The translations under genes were made by a program, and so were the position numbers. A stretch of DNA of 64,000 nucleotides from Candidatus Omnitrophota bacterium (lineage in GTDB: Bacteria; Omnitrophota; Gorgyraeia; Gygaellales; Profunditerraquicolaceae). Below the pieces are notes generated by a model. The model saw only the letters and a list, made by a program, of their open reading frames with translations. It searched no databases and had not been told where the DNA came from. The stretch covers positions 6,358 to 70,357 of the forward strand of contig JAPLLR010000016.1 of NCBI GenBank assembly GCA_026387455.1, given 5' to 3'. Shown in pieces: positions 11,903 through 21,816 of the stretch. Positions within the stretch are counted from its first letter, which is position 1. Every line of letters begins with the position of its first letter.

Positions 11903-13831
11903 ATGGATAAAGAAGAGGTAATAGTAGAATTTTTAAAAGGCCTACGTATCTGCCTTAATAACGCCTCGGTTTATTTCAAAGAGCATCCCTACTATATCAA
12001 ATCCGTAAACGAGTTTAAGGTTAAGATAGATTCCTTCCTTAAGTTTATCAACCCCATCAAAGTCAATATTGCGCCGGATTCGCTTTTTATTGCTGGCACC
12101 CCTTACGCCAAGTCCCAGCTTTTTACAGAGCTAGCCGCTTTTTTTCATATCCGTAAGATCAAAAGTATAGAGCTGCGTGAAGGGTTGACTATCGATGAGC
12201 TGCTTAATTTTTTAAGCGTCATCGCTCTTGCGCCCAAAGAGATTTTAAAGCGCGGCGGGGCGCAGAACATCATTAATATTGAGCATAACGCGCACTGCTT
12301 TGTGGAGCAGCTTGATTATTCTCAGTTATTGGGAAGTGTGGGGGAAGAGGCCAAAGACGTCTGGCTGTATTTGTTCGGAGAAGCGGCTCAGACTAATGAT
12401 GCGCAAAAGATCCAGCAGTGCGTGAATAATTTCGGTTCTGTGGCCGACTCGTTAAATGTGCGCGACCTTACCGAGGATGAAGAGCTTAAAGAAAATATCT
12501 GCAGTTTTTTAAGTTGCCTCAAGGACAGCCAGAAGGAAGATTATGAGAAGTGCAGCAAAGAGATGTTTAAAGCGGTGTTTAAGTATAAAGATGCTATTAC
12601 TCCTGAGCAGGCACAGAAGATCAAGGCCATATTTAAAGGCCTGAGTCAGGATCAGTTCGCGGATATACTGTTGGACGGTATTGTCAAAGACGATAATTTT
12701 GATGTTTTGAGCATGCAGCTTTTTTCCCGGCTTGCCGGAGAGGAGAGCGCGCAGGGGATCTCCTCTTCTATCTTAGCTAATGCAGGCGCTAAATCAGTGG
12801 TCAAGGAAAATCCGCATATCGCTAAAAGGGTGCACAGTCTTTTATCCGGACCGGACACCCAGTCTATTTCTGAAGGCTACCGTCACATACTATCAAGCTT
12901 GCTTAAGGATATCTCTTTTGATAAAGGGGTGTTTTTTGACCGCTCCCAGCTACATGTCAATTACCGTTATATCCTTCTGGCTCTTATTGATGATGAGCAT
13001 AAGTATGACAGTCTCAGTCTTGTGGTGAATAAGTTGGTTGAAGAATGGGAGAAGATTGTAAACGACAAGGACACCGTCTTTTTGCGTTGCGTATACGATA
13101 TTATCCGTAGGAAGAAAAAGGATAATATCGCAATCGACGCGGTATTCGTTGAGCTGGATAAACGCATGGTTGAGTTTATCGAGCATATACTTTGGGAAGG
13201 GCAGTCTTTGCCGGATTTGGAATATCTGGCTGACAGGCTAAAGAAGAGTTCTTTGGAAATTGATTTCTTTCTGGGCAAAATTTTTGAACAGGGGTGTATC
13301 AGCCCCTCAATATTGAAATTGTTTTTTAGGTCTTTCCCCGCAGAGAAAGGTAAATTCTATAAAAAGCTTGAAGCTCGTCGTGCAGATATGGATTTCCTTA
13401 GCCGGATAATCCATAGTTTAAAGAACCTTGATTCGAAGTTAGCTCTTGATGCGTTGATAAAAGTCTATGGCTTGACCAATGAGCTTGTGGGGGCAGAGAT
13501 TTTAAGAATAATGCAGGGCCTGCCTGAAATAAACGCGAATTTTACGCTTTCGATCCTTAAAAAATCCGGTGCACGCTTGAAGAAAGAGGCGCTGGGAATC
13601 TTGATGAGGGACGCGCAGTTAAGGAGGCGGGCAGCAACTACGCTACTTGGCATTTTAAGCTTGTTCGGTATGAACAATGGCCTGCTTATTGAGAATATGG
13701 ATTTATGTTCTCAGGCAGGGCTTAAAGAGGCCGGAGATTATCTTGAGTTACTAAAAAACAGGCGGTTCTTCTGGAATCGCGGAGTTAGGGAAAAGGCGAA
13801 AGTTACCTTGGAGAAGCTGAATGCTGGATAA
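11903..13831 (+). CDS. hypothetical helical (HEAT-like) protein, probable partner of the HD-GYP protein
   Basis: 642 aa ORF overlapping next gene; N-terminus (Y..EHP) resembles that of the next gene. Confidence 0.7.
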   Translation: MDKEEVIVEFLKGLRICLNNASVYFKEHPYYIKSVNEFKVKIDSFLKFINPIKVNIAPDSLFIAGTPYAKSQLFTELAAFFHIRKIKSIELREGLTIDELLNFLSVIALAPKEILKRGGAQNIINIEHNAHCFVEQLDYSQLLGSVGEEAKDVWLYLFGEAAQTNDAQKIQQCVNNFGSVADSLNVRDLTEDEELKENICSFLSCLKDSQKEDYEKCSKEMFKAVFKYKDAITPEQAQKIKAIFKGLSQDQFADILLDGIVKDDNFDVLSMQLFSRLAGEESAQGISSSILANAGAKSVVKENPHIAKRVHSLLSGPDTQSISEGYRHILSSLLKDISFDKGVFFDRSQLHVNYRYILLALIDDEHKYDSLSLVVNKLVEEWEKIVNDKDTVFLRCVYDIIRRKKKDNIAIDAVFVELDKRMVEFIEHILWEGQSLPDLEYLADRLKKSSLEIDFFLGKIFEQGCISPSILKLFFRSFPAEKGKFYKKLEARRADMDFLSRIIHSLKNLDSKLALDALIKVYGLTNELVGAEILRIMQGLPEINANFTLSILKKSGARLKKEALGILMRDAQLRRRAATTLLGILSLFGMNNGLLIENMDLCSQAGLKEAGDYLELLKNRRFFWNRGVREKAKVTLEKLNAG

Positions 13832-15158
13832 AATTGAGTCTAATTTCAGGGACCTTTTGTCGGCGCTGCAGACGGCGAAGCTCTATAGCACAGAGCATCC
13901 GATGTTTAAGAAATCCGCGGAGAAAGCGTTTATTAGCCTTCAGGAAGTGCTGCGCGACAGGGACGATCTGGTTCTGGGTTTTGTTGGCGATGAGATCGCT
14001 TTTGAGAAAGAGATATTTTTTGATTTAAGCAAGATGGTCAGGCCGGCGATAATATATCTCAAGGATCGTGGTATTGAGCGCATTGCTTTTTATAAAGGAG
14101 TACAGGCCGAGGAGTTCAACAAGTTTATCATATTTCTGGCGGGGCCCAAAGACGAGTCCAAGCGCGAAGCGCAAGAACATCTGACGTTTTTAGGGATAGA
14201 GAATATTGTGGTTGGAAAGATCAAGGTAGGCGGTAAGTCGGGAGAAGCTCAAGGAAAAGGTGTAGCCGTAAACATGTACGACAGTTCTTTGGATAAAGTT
14301 TCTCAGTCTTTGGCCAGCGTGCTTGATTCCGAGACAATAGACCACCTGGTGCTTAAGTTTTCCATCAACAATATACTAGAAAGCCTGAGCACCCAGCATC
14401 AGGAGTTTATGAAATTTACTACGCTTAAGCGTTACGACGTGGGCACGTATGTTCATTTATTGAACGTGTGTATATTAAGCATGTATTTTGCTTCGAAGCT
14501 CGGGTTTGCCCGGGATGATGCCCTCGATGTCGGCATCGGCGGATTATTCCATGATATCGGGAAGCTTTATATTTCCCGTAAGATCATTAGCAAAAGCGAT
14601 AAGCTTACCGATGAAGAGCTGAATATGATGGAGAGCCATCCCATGCTTGGCGCTCAGATCCTTTTAGGCTATGCGGATAATCTGGGGATATTGCCTGTGG
14701 TGATCTGTTTTGAGCACCATCTGAAATACAATATGCAGGGTTATCCGAAGAAGCCGTTCACCCGCAAGCCCCATATCGCTACGAGAATAGTTTCTATTTG
14801 CGACGTGTACGACGCTCTTTCCCAGAGGCGCGGATACAAGGCAGATTATGCTCCGGACTTGATCTATAATATTATTTCCAAGGAAAAAGGTACTTCCTTT
14901 GACCCGGAGATGGTGGATAAATTTTTTAGGATCATGGGAGTTTGGCCAATTGGCTCTATAGTGGGCTTAAATGACGGCAGGGTGGCGGTGGTTACCGATG
15001 AGCACGAGGATGATATTTTCTCGCCCTCTGTAAGGGTGATCGGGCCGCAGCCAGAGCTTGAGGCTTTAGATTTGCGGCAAAGCTCGGGAAGTCTGCGTAT
15101 TGAGCGTTATCTTAACCCCTGGACAGAAGGAAAAGAGTATTTGCGCTTGGTGCAATAG
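13821..15158 (+). CDS. HD-GYP domain phosphohydrolase
   Basis: HDIGK, EHH..GYP, DVYDAL, FDP. Confidence 0.88.
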   Translation: MLDKIESNFRDLLSALQTAKLYSTEHPMFKKSAEKAFISLQEVLRDRDDLVLGFVGDEIAFEKEIFFDLSKMVRPAIIYLKDRGIERIAFYKGVQAEEFNKFIIFLAGPKDESKREAQEHLTFLGIENIVVGKIKVGGKSGEAQGKGVAVNMYDSSLDKVSQSLASVLDSETIDHLVLKFSINNILESLSTQHQEFMKFTTLKRYDVGTYVHLLNVCILSMYFASKLGFARDDALDVGIGGLFHDIGKLYISRKIISKSDKLTDEELNMMESHPMLGAQILLGYADNLGILPVVICFEHHLKYNMQGYPKKPFTRKPHIATRIVSICDVYDALSQRRGYKADYAPDLIYNIISKEKGTSFDPEMVDKFFRIMGVWPIGSIVGLNDGRVAVVTDEHEDDIFSPSVRVIGPQPELEALDLRQSSGSLRIERYLNPWTEGKEYLRLVQ

Positions 15159-15187
15159 GCTTGTGTGATATAATAGGCAAAAATTAT

Positions 15188-15273
15188 ACACCTGGCCTAA
15201 TAGGAATGGCCAGTATTTCATCCTAGAAAGGATGCACCCAGCATACCTTTTAGCTGGGGTGCAACTTTCTATG
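15188..15273 (+). repeat. type A element with nested reverse element (15219-15262)
   Basis: ACACCTGGCC-TAATAGGAAT-GGCCAG; same doublet at 20190 and 34391. Confidence 0.85.
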
Positions 15274-15280
15274 AAAGGAA

Positions 15281-16813
15281 GTGAGTATGTTAAAGAAAAA
15301 CGGATTCGATAACGATAAGTACTTGAAAGAGCAGACCGTGGCGATCACAGACCGGGTGAAGAAGTTCGATAACAAGCTTTACTTAGAGTTCGGGGGTAAG
15401 CTTTGTTTTGACTATCACGCTGCTCGCGTTCTTCCGGGCTATGACCCTAATGTCAAGATCAGGCTGTTGCAGGAGCTAAAAAACAAGATAGATATAGTGC
15501 TTTGTATCTATGCCGGGGATATCGAGCGGGGCAGGGTGCGCGGAGATTTCGGGATCACATATGATTCTGCTACCTTGAAACTCATCGATGACCTGCGTAA
15601 GTGGGGCCTAGATATCCTTTCTGTTGTGATCACTCGCTTTGCCAATCAGCCCTCGGCGATTATCTTTAAGAATAAGCTTGAGCGCCGCGGGGTAAAAGTC
15701 AACCTGCATTACCCTATCGACGGCTATCCTGCGGATGTGAATAAGATCGCCAGCGAGAATGGATTCGGCAAGAACGAATACATTCAGACCAAGAATCCTA
15801 TTGTAGTGATCACCGCGCCCGGGCCTAATAGCGGAAAGCTTTCCACCTGCCTTTCTCAGCTTTACCATGACCATAAGAGGGGCGTTAATTCCGGCTACGC
15901 TAAGTTCGAGACATTTCCTATCTGGAATTTAGCGCTTAAGCATCCCGTAAACGTGGCTTATGAAGCGGCTACCGCGGATATCCAGGATTTTAATCTGGTC
16001 GACCCTTTTCATTTAAATAAATACAATAAAACCGCCATAAATTATAACCGCGATGTAGAAAGTTTCCCGATATTGAGACTGATCTTAAACCGGATCTTTG
16101 ATAAGAATGCTAACTTACCGATGTATAACTCACCTACGGATATGGGGGTCAACCGTGCGTGGTTTGGTATCGTTGACGATAAGGCGGTGCAGGACGCGGC
16201 AAAGCAGGAGCTTATCCGTAGGTATTTCCGCTATAATACCGAGTATATCCTGGGTATAGAGAAAAAAGAGACGGTGGATAGGGTAATGATGTTGATGGAG
16301 GAGATGGGGGTCAAGCCCACGGATCGGACCGTACTGGAAGTGGCGCGTAAATCAGCTGATGAGGCAGAGGTAAATGGTAAGGGTAATGAGGGGATCTACT
16401 GCGGCGCAGCCCTGCAGCTGAATGACGGACGCATTATTACCGGAAAAAATTCTAAATTTATGCATGCGGCTTCCGCGCTGATCCTGAATGCGGTAAAGCA
16501 GCTGGCCAATATTCCCGATGAGATACTTCTATTATCCCCGCATATCATCAGTCAGATCGCCAAGCTTAAAGAAGGAATCCTGGATGCCGACTCCGAGAGT
16601 CTTGATCTTGAGGAGTCCCTGATAGCTTTATCTATAAGCGCAACCACCAATCACACCGCGGAGCTGGCGATGAATAAACTGGTGGAACTCAGTGGCTGTG
16701 AGGTGCAAATGACCCAAATCCACACTCCCGGAGACGAGGTGGGGCTTAAGCGGCTGGGGGTGAACCTTACTACAGACGGAAAGTTCTCTTCACGCAATCT
16801 TTTTGTCGCCTGA
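15281..16813 (+). CDS. DUF1846 family protein
   Basis: KLYLEFGGKL, PGPNSGK, YAKFETFPIWN, SPTDMGVN; start may be ATG 15287. Confidence 0.85.
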   Translation: MSMLKKNGFDNDKYLKEQTVAITDRVKKFDNKLYLEFGGKLCFDYHAARVLPGYDPNVKIRLLQELKNKIDIVLCIYAGDIERGRVRGDFGITYDSATLKLIDDLRKWGLDILSVVITRFANQPSAIIFKNKLERRGVKVNLHYPIDGYPADVNKIASENGFGKNEYIQTKNPIVVITAPGPNSGKLSTCLSQLYHDHKRGVNSGYAKFETFPIWNLALKHPVNVAYEAATADIQDFNLVDPFHLNKYNKTAINYNRDVESFPILRLILNRIFDKNANLPMYNSPTDMGVNRAWFGIVDDKAVQDAAKQELIRRYFRYNTEYILGIEKKETVDRVMMLMEEMGVKPTDRTVLEVARKSADEAEVNGKGNEGIYCGAALQLNDGRIITGKNSKFMHAASALILNAVKQLANIPDEILLLSPHIISQIAKLKEGILDADSESLDLEESLIALSISATTNHTAELAMNKLVELSGCEVQMTQIHTPGDEVGLKRLGVNLTTDGKFSSRNLFVA

Positions 16814-17499
16814 TGGATCTGAAGAAGTATAAGTCCGGAATTGGATTTATTTTATTGGTTCTTGGTATATTTCTTCTTTGGTATCTGGGCAGATTCTTAC
16901 ACCTGGATATCCAGGCAATCCGCAAGCCGCTTGAAAGTTTTCCGCTATTTGTCAGCAGTTTTGTCTTTGTGATCCTTTATGTAGTGGTCACGTTCTTTGT
17001 TTTTTTCTCTAAGGACATATTTTATTTGGCCGGAGCCTTAATCTTCGGGCCGTATTTGAGTGCGGTTTTGATCTTTATTTCTGAAGCGCTGAACGCCTGC
17101 ATACTTTTTTATTGTTCTAGATACCTTGGGCGGGCGTATGTCCGGGATTCTCTATCTGGGAAATATCAGCGCTTGGATGAGCAGCTAGGCGGCATAAGCT
17201 TATTCTGGCTTTTTATTTTTCGGGCGGCACCCCTGATACCTTACCGTTTTCTGGATATGGCCGCGGGTCTGACCCGCATGAGGTTCAGTAAATATTTTGC
17301 GGCAGTTCTACTCGGCTCTTTTCTAAAGATATTCTGGATACAGTTTATTTTGTACGGCGTAGGAGAGAGCGTGATCAGCAATCCGAATGCACTTTTTGAT
17401 TACTTTCTTAATAATCAGCCGGTATTTTTATTCAGTCTTTTGTATTTGGTGTTAGTGGGCATGGTTATTTATAAAATCAGAAAGAAATTTAAGACATGA
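16813..17499 (+). CDS. TVP38/TMEM64 (VTT/DedA-like) membrane protein
   Basis: Multiple TM segments; GALIFG, RAAPLIPY..AAGL. Confidence 0.8.
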   Translation: MDLKKYKSGIGFILLVLGIFLLWYLGRFLHLDIQAIRKPLESFPLFVSSFVFVILYVVVTFFVFFSKDIFYLAGALIFGPYLSAVLIFISEALNACILFYCSRYLGRAYVRDSLSGKYQRLDEQLGGISLFWLFIFRAAPLIPYRFLDMAAGLTRMRFSKYFAAVLLGSFLKIFWIQFILYGVGESVISNPNALFDYFLNNQPVFLFSLLYLVLVGMVIYKIRKKFKT

Positions 17500-18890
17500 G
17501 CGTAAATTTAAAATTCTTAGGGGGTGTACGCACAGTCACCGGATCAAGCCATTTAGTGACTACTGATAAGTCTGAGATTTTGCTTGATGCCGGGATGTTT
17601 CAGGGCCACCGCGATGAGTCTTATATGATCAACGCTACCCTTCATTACAATCCGCGTAAGATCAAAGCCATGGTTTTGTCGCACGCGCATATCGACCACT
17701 GCGGGAATATTCCGATCCTGATCAAAAAGGGTTTACGTTGTAAGATCTATGCCACCTCAGCCACTAAGGATCTCACGGCGCTGATGCTTGAGGATTCCGG
17801 CAAGATACAGGAAGAGGATGTGCGCTATGTGAATAAGATTAATAAGCGCCTGGGTCTGCCGCCCAGAGAGCCGCTTTACACCAAGAAAGAGGCGATGCGC
17901 GCGACAAAAATATTTCGCTCCATATCTTACGAGCAGCGCTTCTGTATTGCCAAGGAGTGCTTTGCCACTCTCCATGACGCAGGGCATATCCTGGGCTCAA
18001 GCATTATAGTGCTCGATGTAAAAGACGGAGTGAAAAATATCCGTATCGGCTATGCCGTTGACCTAGGTAGGAAGAATCTTCCGCTTTTGAATGATCCGGT
18101 GATTCCGCACAGATTAGATTATTTGATCATTGAAAGCACTTATGGTGGCAGGTTCCACGCGCCGATAGAAGAGGCCCAGTCGCGCCTGCGCGAGGCGATC
18201 AACCGTGCGGTACAGCGCGGGGGCAAGATTTTAATCCCCTCATTTGCCCTTGAGCGCACGCAAGAGGTGCTGTATTTCTTAAATGAGTTGATCAAGCAAC
18301 AACTGGTCCCATCAATTCCTATATATGTGGACAGTCCGCTTGCAACAGGCATTACCGATTTATTCACCCACCACATGGATTTTCTGGACTCTAAGACCCG
18401 CCAGGCAATAGCCCGCGGGGAGAGTCCTTTTGAGCTCTTGAATCTACGCTTCGTGCGCGACCAGACAGAGTCAAAGGCCCTGAATATTGACAAGCGGCCG
18501 ATGATCATCATTGCCGGAAGCGGAATGTGCGAATCCGGAAGGATGCTACATCATCTTAAGAACAATATAGAAGATTCCCGTAATATGGTACTTGTGGTAG
18601 GGTACATGGCAAAGAATACTTTAGGCAGGAAAATTGTCGAAAGGGAGAAATTAGTGCGTATTTTCGGCGTGGAATACGAGCTTAACGCAGAAGTGGTGAT
18701 CATCAACGCGTTTTCCGGACACGCGGATAAAACAGAGCTGGTGGATTTTGTCCGGCAGTGCCTGCCGCTTAAGCGGATATTCCTGGTGCATGGCGATGAA
18801 GAGCAGACTCTGCACTTGTATGACGCGCTGGTAGCCATGGGTCAGAATGTGCTTATCCCGTTTAAGGGTGAAGAAGTGTTGCTTAGTTGA
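17496..18890 (+). CDS. MBL-fold beta-CASP ribonuclease
   Basis: VTGS, SHAHIDH, AGHILGS, ESTYG, FSGHAD, LVHG. Confidence 0.9.
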   Translation: MSVNLKFLGGVRTVTGSSHLVTTDKSEILLDAGMFQGHRDESYMINATLHYNPRKIKAMVLSHAHIDHCGNIPILIKKGLRCKIYATSATKDLTALMLEDSGKIQEEDVRYVNKINKRLGLPPREPLYTKKEAMRATKIFRSISYEQRFCIAKECFATLHDAGHILGSSIIVLDVKDGVKNIRIGYAVDLGRKNLPLLNDPVIPHRLDYLIIESTYGGRFHAPIEEAQSRLREAINRAVQRGGKILIPSFALERTQEVLYFLNELIKQQLVPSIPIYVDSPLATGITDLFTHHMDFLDSKTRQAIARGESPFELLNLRFVRDQTESKALNIDKRPMIIIAGSGMCESGRMLHHLKNNIEDSRNMVLVVGYMAKNTLGRKIVEREKLVRIFGVEYELNAEVVIINAFSGHADKTELVDFVRQCLPLKRIFLVHGDEEQTLHLYDALVAMGQNVLIPFKGEEVLLS

Positions 18891-18953
18891 AGGATTCGTG
18901 GTAGTATTATTTTCGCTATAAAATAAAGAGTTTAATCTATGGAGGGTTTTACA

Positions 18954-19202
18954 ATGGCTGGCGGAAAATCTACACCAAAGAAAGATCAAGCGTTAAAAGT
19001 CGCAAGTGGCGAGTTAGTCAAGACCGGGCAGATCATGGTCCGCGGTATCCCTGTATATAAGGCCGGGGTGAACGTTGCTGGGCTAGGTACGCTTTACGCC
19101 CTTTGCAGTGGGAAAGTCTTTTTCCGGCATAAGAAAACAAGCCATGGCAAGGTGCGCACTTTTATCGGCGTCACTCCAATAAAGGAAAAAGCCGCTAAAT
19201 AA
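18954..19202 (+). CDS. rpmA: 50S ribosomal protein bL27, divergent N-terminus
   Basis: G..VKTGQIMVR, AGVNV, TLYALCSGKVFF; SD GGAGG. Confidence 0.8.
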   Translation: MAGGKSTPKKDQALKVASGELVKTGQIMVRGIPVYKAGVNVAGLGTLYALCSGKVFFRHKKTSHGKVRTFIGVTPIKEKAAK

Positions 19203-19204
19203 GC

Positions 19205-20205
19205 ATGCCCCAAGAAGCAGGTATCCAGGAAAGAGCTAGGAAGTATTCGCTAAAGAAATATTCTCTGGCTCTGTTGGATACCGTAGTTACGCTTGCCCTG
19301 CTTCTGATTTTTTTGGCTACAGGTTTATCCCGGGCTCTTACTGAGGGCCTGGGATTTATTTTTTCAAGCAGCTATTTCACTGTTCCTGTTTACCTGCTCG
19401 TTGTAATTCTTGCCTACTATTTGATCACTTTTCCACTTACTTTTTACCAATCCTATACTCTTGAGCACGAATTTTCTCTGTCCCGGCAAAGCGTAAAATC
19501 GGGGTATTCTGGATATTTTTCTCTATTGTCATGGCTAATCTTTTGCCTGTATTAATCATACCTTTATTTTTTAAATATAAGAAACTTGAGGATGAAACAC
19601 TGCGCCAGAGGATAATTGTTTTAGCGGGCAAGATGAAAGTAAGGGTTCTGGATGTTTTTGAGATAGACTTAAGCAAAAAGTCTTTAAAAGGCAATGCCGC
19701 TTTCGTGGGGGCGGGGAACACGCGAAGAGTGCTTTTGGCAGACACCTTAAAAGATAAATACACCTATGAGGAGATAGAGGTGATTCTGGCGCATGAGTTC
19801 GCGCACTACCGCTTGAAGCATTTATTGAAGCTAATATTGGTCAATTCCGCGGTGACTCTGGTAACTTTTTTTGTAATTTATGCCACCAGCAGTTCGGCGC
19901 TGTGGTTGTTTGGGTTGTCTTCGTATCTAGAGCTTGCGGCTTTACCATTACTCTTTTTTTATTTTGCGGTTTTTGGTGTAATTTTGCAGCCGTTTGGGGC
20001 TTTTATCAGCCGCTGTTTCGAGCGTAGTGCTGATAGGATGGCCATACAGGTGACCGGCCTGAAAGACGCCTTTATCTCGACCATGGATAAGTTGGGTGAT
20101 CAGAATCTTTCGGATCGTAATCCGCACCCGCTTATTAAATTTTACTTTTTCGACCATCCGCCCATAGATGAGCGGATCAAGATGGCAAAACACCTGGCCT
20201 TATAG
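19205..20205 (+). pseudogene. M48 (Ste24-like) zinc protease split by an internal deletion/frameshift near 19500
   Basis: N-terminal part 19205-19555 and C-terminal part to 20205 (NAAFVG, LAHEFAH, DHPP) are in different frames. Confidence 0.7.
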
Positions 20206-20275
20206 GAAAGGCCAGTGTTCCGTCCTAAAAAGGACGCACCCAGCCTACTTATTAGCTGGGGTGTAGCTTTCTGCG
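20190..20275 (+). repeat. type A element with nested reverse element (20221-20264)
   Basis: ACACCTGGCC-TTATAGGAAA-GGCCAGTGTTC [44 nt insert] AGCTTTCTGC, then AAGGAGG. Confidence 0.88.
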
Positions 20276-20288
20276 TAAGGAGGTTAAG

Positions 20289-20696
20289 ATGAAAAGAATA
20301 GCTGGGTTTTTGTTTGTATTATTTTTTGTTGTGTCTTCTGGTTCATCAGTTTTCGCACAAGGGTTCAGGGGCATGAGTGATGTTGTCCCACCGCCATTTG
20401 TGATTTATCCTAGTGAGCGTGCTGACATAAGCGGCAAAGACGTGCTCACCCTTAAGTGGAAGACCCCGGGAAGTTTTGATATTGACCACGTGGAGTTTAA
20501 GCTGTATAAAGGATATATCACCGCGGATTCCAACTTGGTCTATAAAGAGGATGTTGATCCGGTTGAGTCTGAGGTGGATGTGAAGGCCGATCTTTTGCAA
20601 GATGGCCAGACTTACACCATGTATTTACGTTCGATATCACGCGAGGGCTACAAAAGTGACCGGGTGTTTAATTCTTTTCAGGTAATTAAGAAATAA
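20289..20696 (+). CDS. exported hypothetical protein (Ig/FnIII-like)
   Basis: Signal peptide MKRIAG..VFA; strong SD. Confidence 0.7.
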   Translation: MKRIAGFLFVLFFVVSSGSSVFAQGFRGMSDVVPPPFVIYPSERADISGKDVLTLKWKTPGSFDIDHVEFKLYKGYITADSNLVYKEDVDPVESEVDVKADLLQDGQTYTMYLRSISREGYKSDRVFNSFQVIKK

Positions 20697-21816
20697 ATTC
20701 AAGGATTATTCTTGCTGCACGGGAGGCGGCACCGGGTTCGCCGAGGGAGGATTTGACGAGGGCGAGATTCGAAGTGATTTCTTGAAGTTTCGCTGGATTG
20801 CGCATGATCTGTAACACTTCATGCGCAATTTTTTTAGGGATAGCGCCAAGCTGAATAAATTCCGGAATAATTTTTTTACCTGCTACAATATTCACCATTC
20901 CAATATAGGGCAATTTCACTTGTGGTCGGTATAGAAGGTAATTCAACAGGTTCATCTTATAGACCACGCAGAAAGGTTTTTGCATAATCGCGGTTTCCAG
21001 GGTGGCTGTGCCTGAGCAGACCAGCGCAAAATCCGCGATATTCAGGCAGTCATAAGTTTTCCCTTCCGCGATTTTCACTTCTACTTTAAAGCGATCGATG
21101 ATCCGGTTGTAAGTTTTCCAGTCAACCGAAGGTGATTTGACGATCACGAATTGCGCATTCATTTGTTCACTTATCAGTTTGACTGACTCTAACATGATGG
21201 GGAGGATATTGTTGATTTCTTGTTTGCGCGAGCCGGGAAGTAGGGCGATGGTCGGAGTATCTTTGGAGAGTTTTAGGTGGTTTAGAAATTCATCCTTCTG
21301 TACGGTAGGCTTTACTATGTCCAGTAGCGGGTGCCCCACAAAATCTACATTCATCCCGTATTTTTTGTAGAATTCCTTTTCGAATTTAAAGAGCACAATC
21401 ATTTTTCGGATATATTTCTTAATCGTCTGCACCCTGCCCGGCCTTGAGGCCCAGACTTGGGGGCTCACGTAATAGATGGTTGGTATAGTGTTATTGAGCT
21501 CTTTGGCCAGGCGCAGGTTAAAGCCGGAGAAATCAACGAATATTACCGCATCGAATTTTTCTTGATTGATAGTATAGAGAAGGAATTTTTTTAATTCGAA
21601 GAACTTGGGGAGTTTCTTAAAGACATCAAAAATCCCGAATACCGATAACCCTTTTATATCGTAAAGGATCTCAGCACCCGCCTGGCGCAGAAGTTCACTG
21701 CCCACGCCGAAGACTTTAAGCTCTGGGTTGATTTTCTTTAGGGCGCTGGTGAGATTTGCCGCGTGAAGAACTCCTGAGGCCTCTCCGCAGATGATCAGAA
21801 TCTTTTTTTCTGCCAT
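20686..21816 (-). CDS. lpxB: lipid-A-disaccharide synthase
   Basis: GEASG, YVSPQVWASR, VGHPL, LLPGSR, SGTATLE. Confidence 0.95.
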   Translation of the reverse strand: MAEKKILIICGEASGVLHAANLTSALKKINPELKVFGVGSELLRQAGAEILYDIKGLSVFGIFDVFKKLPKFFELKKFLLYTINQEKFDAVIFVDFSGFNLRLAKELNNTIPTIYYVSPQVWASRPGRVQTIKKYIRKMIVLFKFEKEFYKKYGMNVDFVGHPLLDIVKPTVQKDEFLNHLKLSKDTPTIALLPGSRKQEINNILPIMLESVKLISEQMNAQFVIVKSPSVDWKTYNRIIDRFKVEVKIAEGKTYDCLNIADFALVCSGTATLETAIMQKPFCVVYKMNLLNYLLYRPQVKLPYIGMVNIVAGKKIIPEFIQLGAIPKKIAHEVLQIMRNPAKLQEITSNLALVKSSLGEPGAASRAARIILEFIS

